From contig CAZMUA010000013.1 in the NCBI GenBank assembly GCA_964569695.1, positions 20,876 through 84,875 of the forward strand: a stretch of 64,000 nt of DNA, read 5' to 3'. The stretch is from an uncultured Woeseiaceae bacterium. Its GTDB lineage: Bacteria; Acidobacteriota; Vicinamibacteria; Vicinamibacterales; UBA823. Position 1 is the first letter of the stretch, and each line of letters opens with the position of its first letter. Below the pieces are notes generated by a model that saw only the letters and a list, made by a program, of their open reading frames with translations, was not told the DNA's origin and made no database searches. The translations under genes were made by a program, and so were the position numbers. Of this stretch, positions 59,877 to 64,000 are shown one piece after another.

Positions 59877-60947
59877 ATGGTAGCTTCACCCTTAGAAATC
59901 ACTCTTGAAATCAGTCCACGTGCACGACTGGATCTCGTGGATGTGGACAGACAAATCATAGACACTCATGGCGAAGTATTGGAGAAATTCCCTCGAGCCC
60001 TTTACTGTTCGTACCACACAACCGCCGGCTATTTAGACCAAGGCATCGCCGGACGTTTGAACCGCAAACAAGACGGTGTCGCACCGTACCTCTCTTTCTT
60101 CAAGAAAATCTTTCCAGAAGGCGCAGGGTACCAGCACGACGAATTGCACCTGCGTGAAGAATTGACTGAGGAACAGCGCCGCGTCGAACCCTGTAACGCC
60201 GATTCTCATTTAGCATTCATCAGCGCCGGATTACGAAGTTGTGTCACCTACCGACGCCGTAAAGGCGAGCCAGTCTATTTTATTGACCTCGATGGCGTCA
60301 ACGAAGGTCGCTCACGACGTCGCCGTACCACAGTGCTTGGTTTCAGCACTGAGGAAGTTGTAGCGCGTGACCGCCTGGCGGTGCCGATGTCAGCGCATCC
60401 TGTAGAATCCGTCAACCTCAAGGATCCTCGCTTGGGACTTTTTCAACAGTGTCAGGAAATGATTGATCGGCACGGAGTCACAAAAGGCCGTATCCATCTC
60501 ACACTCTCACCCGGTGAAGGCCAAGCTGGTCTCACGGTGAACGAATACGAAACTTTGCTTATGCAGCATGACCTTGCCGAGGTGCTCCGGGATCCGTTCC
60601 GCTTCATGGCCGAGAAAAGTCGGCACCTGCTGGCAGATCCTCGCGCCATTCCCAATAAAACCATGGGGTATGCAAAGTATGACTTAGTGAGGATCTTTAA
60701 CGAGCTAGTAGATGCATTGGGGTTAAACGACTCGATGATAGAGCAGGTTGCTTCACGATTTTTTGGAGCACCCGCCAGCCGATTTCTTCGCATGAAACGC
60801 TCGGTCAATGTCTTAGTCACGAATGGAAACTCAACACAGCGTGGGCACCTCGCTCAAGGACCATTCCAAAGTCCTATCCTTGTACAGTGGCGTCAAGCAA
60901 AGAATCGCATGCGTCACATCGACATTACCCTTGTGCGTTTCAATTAA
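59877..60947 (+). CDS. Tandem two-domain YjbQ/UPF0047-like protein
   Basis: Domain 1: HTTAG, YQHD, NADSHL, FIDLDG...RR. Domain 2: GLTVNEYE, GPFQSPILVQW...R. Confidence 0.65.
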   Translation: MVASPLEITLEISPRARLDLVDVDRQIIDTHGEVLEKFPRALYCSYHTTAGYLDQGIAGRLNRKQDGVAPYLSFFKKIFPEGAGYQHDELHLREELTEEQRRVEPCNADSHLAFISAGLRSCVTYRRRKGEPVYFIDLDGVNEGRSRRRRTTVLGFSTEEVVARDRLAVPMSAHPVESVNLKDPRLGLFQQCQEMIDRHGVTKGRIHLTLSPGEGQAGLTVNEYETLLMQHDLAEVLRDPFRFMAEKSRHLLADPRAIPNKTMGYAKYDLVRIFNELVDALGLNDSMIEQVASRFFGAPASRFLRMKRSVNVLVTNGNSTQRGHLAQGPFQSPILVQWRQAKNRMRHIDITLVRFN

Positions 60948-61054
60948 TCTCTGTCGAATACAGGCGATGAACTCAGTCTGAGTAACTCGCCCCAGTCACT
61001 GATCACTCCCTTCGTAATGTCAGGTCGGCGAACCCTCAAGCGACCGACCACATA

Positions 61055-61090
61055 AAAGACAAGGGCGCACCTGGAAACCCAGGTGCGCCC
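61055..61090 (-). terminator. Intrinsic terminator downstream of the HisC-like gene
   Basis: Perfect 12-bp stem GGGCGCACCTGG-N4-CCAGGTGCGCCC followed by TTGTCTTTT on the minus strand. Confidence 0.75.
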
Positions 61091-61139
61091 CAATCGTCAA
61101 CTGTCACTCACAAACGTGCGGTCAAACGATTCGAGTCGC

Positions 61140-62309
61140 TCAGTTAGTGAGTACTTGACGGAACACTTCTAACGCTCGCTGCATTTCTTCCATCGTGCCG
61201 AGCGAAATGCGCGCGTGGGTTTGCTCCATCGGTGGAAAGTCACGACCAACCGCGACACCAAGTGCTCGACAGGCTTCGCGGAACTCAGCAGCCGATCGAC
61301 CGATGTCTACAAACAGAAAATTAGTTTGAGATTCAGCGGACTCAAAACCCATTTTCCCTAACTCATTGATCGTAAAGTCACGCACCTTGCGATTCTCCTC
61401 TCGTTCCCACTCCATGTGACTAGGATCATTCAAGGACGCGATAGCAGCGCTGGCCGTAAGCAGGCTGACTTCGCCTAACCCCCACGCACGGCTGAGCTTA
61501 TCTAAGGTCCCTGTCTGTCCGGCCGCATAACCGAGTCGAAGCCCAGCCATTCCGTATGCTTTCGAAAAGGTACGAGCAAGGAACACACCCGGATACGTAA
61601 GAGACTCGGCAATGGCCGAACCGACAGAGGGATCAGTCGCGTAGTCGATATAAGCTTCATCGACCAAGATGCCAGTACCTGGCGAGGACGAGACGACGTG
61701 TTCAATAAATGCTGACACTTTCTCAGCCGGGTGCGACGCGGATGTCGGATTATTCGGGTTGCACAGGAAGACCAATCCAGCGCCTTGGGCTGCATCGGCC
61801 ATTCCATCCAGGTCGAGCCTTAAGTTGCTATCGACTGGAACCTCGCGCACTTCAGCACCCATTGCTCGAGTCGAACGGGCCGGGTTCCCGTAAGAGGGGG
61901 TCCCAGTCACTAGCGGCCGACCAACCGAGACATATGCCCGAACCCCAGCCTCCAAAATATGCGATGAACCGGTGGAGACCAGAATATTTTCACCTTGGGC
62001 GCCATGGCCTAAACTCTTCGCGATCGCTGCCGGAAGATCCTCCCTGGAAATATCACGCTGATAGCGACCGACCTTGAAATCAGCTCGGCCGTTAAGAGCA
62101 TCCAGCGCTGCCTTGCCAGGACCGCGGGCATTTTCGTTACTGCTAAGAATGATCATTACAGTATCGTTGGACGCTTGAAGCATTTCTTCAACCGGATCGG
62201 GTCCCCACGCCAACGCTTCGCGTCCGTGACCAACGACCCACGCAGTAGAGAATGCACTAGCTCCACCAATACCAAGAGTACGAACGAACGCACGACGTGA
62301 CAGTGACAT
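61140..62309 (-). CDS. Tat-exported HisC-like PLP aminotransferase
   Basis: SRRAFVR twin-arginine; SSNEN, CNPNNPT, DEAY, RTFSKAYGMAGLRLGY. Confidence 0.9.
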   Translation of the reverse strand: MSLSRRAFVRTLGIGGASAFSTAWVVGHGREALAWGPDPVEEMLQASNDTVMIILSSNENARGPGKAALDALNGRADFKVGRYQRDISREDLPAAIAKSLGHGAQGENILVSTGSSHILEAGVRAYVSVGRPLVTGTPSYGNPARSTRAMGAEVREVPVDSNLRLDLDGMADAAQGAGLVFLCNPNNPTSASHPAEKVSAFIEHVVSSSPGTGILVDEAYIDYATDPSVGSAIAESLTYPGVFLARTFSKAYGMAGLRLGYAAGQTGTLDKLSRAWGLGEVSLLTASAAIASLNDPSHMEWEREENRKVRDFTINELGKMGFESAESQTNFLFVDIGRSAAEFREACRALGVAVGRDFPPMEQTHARISLGTMEEMQRALEVFRQVLTN

Positions 62310-62528
62310 GCAAGCCTCCTCTTGACTTCAAACTCCCTAGATTATTACCAGCGCACCACCGGTGATGGCGCACTAAAATTGCAGTGTGGACATTGTGTGA
62401 GACAGTGTCAAGCAGAAACACCAAGAATTTGGCCTGATGATCATAAAATACTGTCGGGCAATTGCTCAAACCCCTCGTCCGTTCACGGAGGGGTCGGATA
62501 CAAGATAGAGGATGCTTAGGAGACCCAG

Positions 62529-63545
62529 ATGACAATTATCTCAAATCTAACGCGTCGCGAGTGGCTGACCACTGTGGGCGCCACGGCGCTCTATCACGAA
62601 CGGACAACCAGTCAAAGTCCAGACAATACCGTGGTCGCGGCATCACGAGAGCCGTTTCGTGGCGTGCTCATGATCGTAGCTACTCCATACACTAACGAGA
62701 AAGCGATCGACTATGAAGATCTGGCTGCTGAAGTCGAATTTCTGGATCAACGAGGGACCAATGGTTTGGTTTGGCCTCAATACTCAAGCGACCTACCCTA
62801 TCTCACGCATGAGGAACGCCTGCACGGCATGGAAGTCCTAGCCGATGCCTCGCGTGACCGATTGGTATCGTTGATTCTTGGCGTACAAGGAACCAACACG
62901 GACCAAATGTTAGAGTACGCAAACCATGCAACTGCTGTCGGCTGCGACGCGATGATTGCCATGCCCCCCAGCGAAGCACATTCCATTGACGACTACCGTG
63001 AGTACTACACTGCGTTGTGTCACGCTACCGATAAACCAATTTTTATTCAGACTACCGGCGGCGCAGCTGACCGCGTCGAACCTACGGTCGAATTCATTAT
63101 AGAAATGAGTGAGCGTTTTCCGCACTTCGGATATGTGAAGGAAGAATACGGCGACACACTCGCCCGCATGAAGCAATTTGAAGTCCATCGTCCAAATACT
63201 ATTAAGCGAATCTTTGGAGGAACTCGAGCGCGGGCTTGGACGTATGAAATGAGGCTCGGCATGGACGGCACAATGACTGGCGGCCCTCAATACCCTGAGG
63301 TCTATACACGATTATGGCAACTACATCTCGAAAATCGGCAGGCCGAAGTCCGAGAACTGTTTAGTCAACTTCTTATGATTACGAACCTTGAGCAATACGT
63401 GCCTGGATTGCGTGCATACCTGATGCAACAACGTGGTGTATTTAAGACTCACATAGGCAGGGATGCCAATTACACGTTTTCGCCGGATGCCATCGATGAA
63501 ATCAACTATGTCTTGCAACCCTTGAAGAGTCATTTTATTGCTTAA
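62529..63545 (+). CDS. Tat-exported dihydrodipicolinate synthase/aldolase-family protein (divergent)
   Basis: TRREWL twin-arginine; ATPY, L..EER, AMPP, GYVKEE Schiff-base Lys. Confidence 0.8.
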   Translation: MTIISNLTRREWLTTVGATALYHERTTSQSPDNTVVAASREPFRGVLMIVATPYTNEKAIDYEDLAAEVEFLDQRGTNGLVWPQYSSDLPYLTHEERLHGMEVLADASRDRLVSLILGVQGTNTDQMLEYANHATAVGCDAMIAMPPSEAHSIDDYREYYTALCHATDKPIFIQTTGGAADRVEPTVEFIIEMSERFPHFGYVKEEYGDTLARMKQFEVHRPNTIKRIFGGTRARAWTYEMRLGMDGTMTGGPQYPEVYTRLWQLHLENRQAEVRELFSQLLMITNLEQYVPGLRAYLMQQRGVFKTHIGRDANYTFSPDAIDEINYVLQPLKSHFIA

Positions 63546-63635
63546 GGCATTCTGAAGCGATCGCCGTGCATGATATTATTTCTGAAGGTTGACCTTCACA
63601 CTCTATCGATTCGCACCTTGTGAAAAATCTGTTTG

Positions 63636-64000
63636 ATGAAATTTTTGAGTAGCCTAGGCGCTAGCATGCTGACCTGCATGCTCTTTGCCACCCCAAGTCA
63701 TGCGCAAACTTCCAGTTCTTGGTGGGAGCGTCTCTCCATCGGCATGGACTTTCGCCAACGCCTAGAAGAGTTACGACAATTCGAAAACAGTTCGCCTGAT
63801 GTGTCTCAGACTAGTGTGACACAACGGCGTTTAAAAATACGTGCACGGCTGACTCTCAACAGTCAAGTCAATGATGACTTTCAAATAGGAGTCAGACTTG
63901 GCACTGGTAACATGGACGACCCGCTTTCATCGAACCAAACGCTTTCAGAGCTATTGACGCGCAAGCCGATAAGCCTAGATCGCGCATTCATGACTTACAA
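63636..64000 (+). CDS. Putative outer-membrane porin, N-terminal part (truncated by the window end)
   Basis: Open frame MKFLSSLGASMLTCMLFATPSHA-Q...DFRQRLEE...RLKIRARL...GVRLGTG..DDPLSSNQTL...ISLDRAF, typical of the 'putative porin' family. Confidence 0.75.
   Translation, partial: MKFLSSLGASMLTCMLFATPSHAQTSSSWWERLSIGMDFRQRLEELRQFENSSPDVSQTSVTQRRLKIRARLTLNSQVNDDFQIGVRLGTGNMDDPLSSNQTLSELLTRKPISLDRAFMTY

Noticed and set aside
59674-59889. 71-aa hydrophobic ORF upstream of the PQQ gene
   Set aside because: It overlaps the start of the divergent gene, spans the AT-rich promoter region and has no clear SD; probably spurious.
1-64000. CRISPR arrays, IS elements, prophage or defence genes
   Set aside because: I saw no regularly spaced repeats and no transposase, integrase or phage motifs; the intergenic gaps are short.
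1-64000. Many 60-180 aa ORFs overlapping real genes (e.g. 39141-39683, 55072-55509, 33338-33739, 54545-54730)
   Set aside because: They are antisense or alternate-frame shadows of well-supported genes or of tmRNA, with no recognisable motifs.

Overview
Gene-dense bacterial chromosomal segment (roughly 50% GC by eye). Lipid A synthase, many Tat/Sec-exported enzymes, soluble PQQ beta-propellers and a short PheT suggest a diderm, probably an Acidobacteriota (Vicinamibacterales-like) genome; this taxonomy is inference only. The centre is a housekeeping core: queG, acnA, lpxB, nfo, gatCA, rpoZ, hsp20, ymdB-xseAB-ispA-tlyA-nadK, ruvX-mltG, tRNA-Val, thrS-infC-rpmI-rplT-pheST-zapB/zapA, 6S RNA, thiL and tmRNA. 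It is flanked by catabolic and transport genes: two PQQ dehydrogenase-like proteins, a sulfatase, a GH109-like enzyme, a TAXI-TRAP transporter, ABC exporters, an SSS symporter and Tat-exported PLP and aldolase enzymes. I saw no CRISPR array, integrase, transposase or prophage. The best candidate for an undescribed system is the overlapping three-gene operon at 10779-13638. It encodes a cytochrome c fused to a putative outer-membrane beta-barrel, an exported protein with an amicyanin-type copper motif, and a ferritin-like/VIT1 iron transporter, with a Fur-like box upstream. Other oddities are an M16 heterodimer with an extra C-terminal domain in an operon with a Mit_KHE1-like gene and lpxB, an S41 protease lacking its catalytic dyad, a tandem YjbQ protein, an AUC-initiated infC and a HAIR-like operator at hsp20. 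All family calls come from motif recognition by eye, without database searches.
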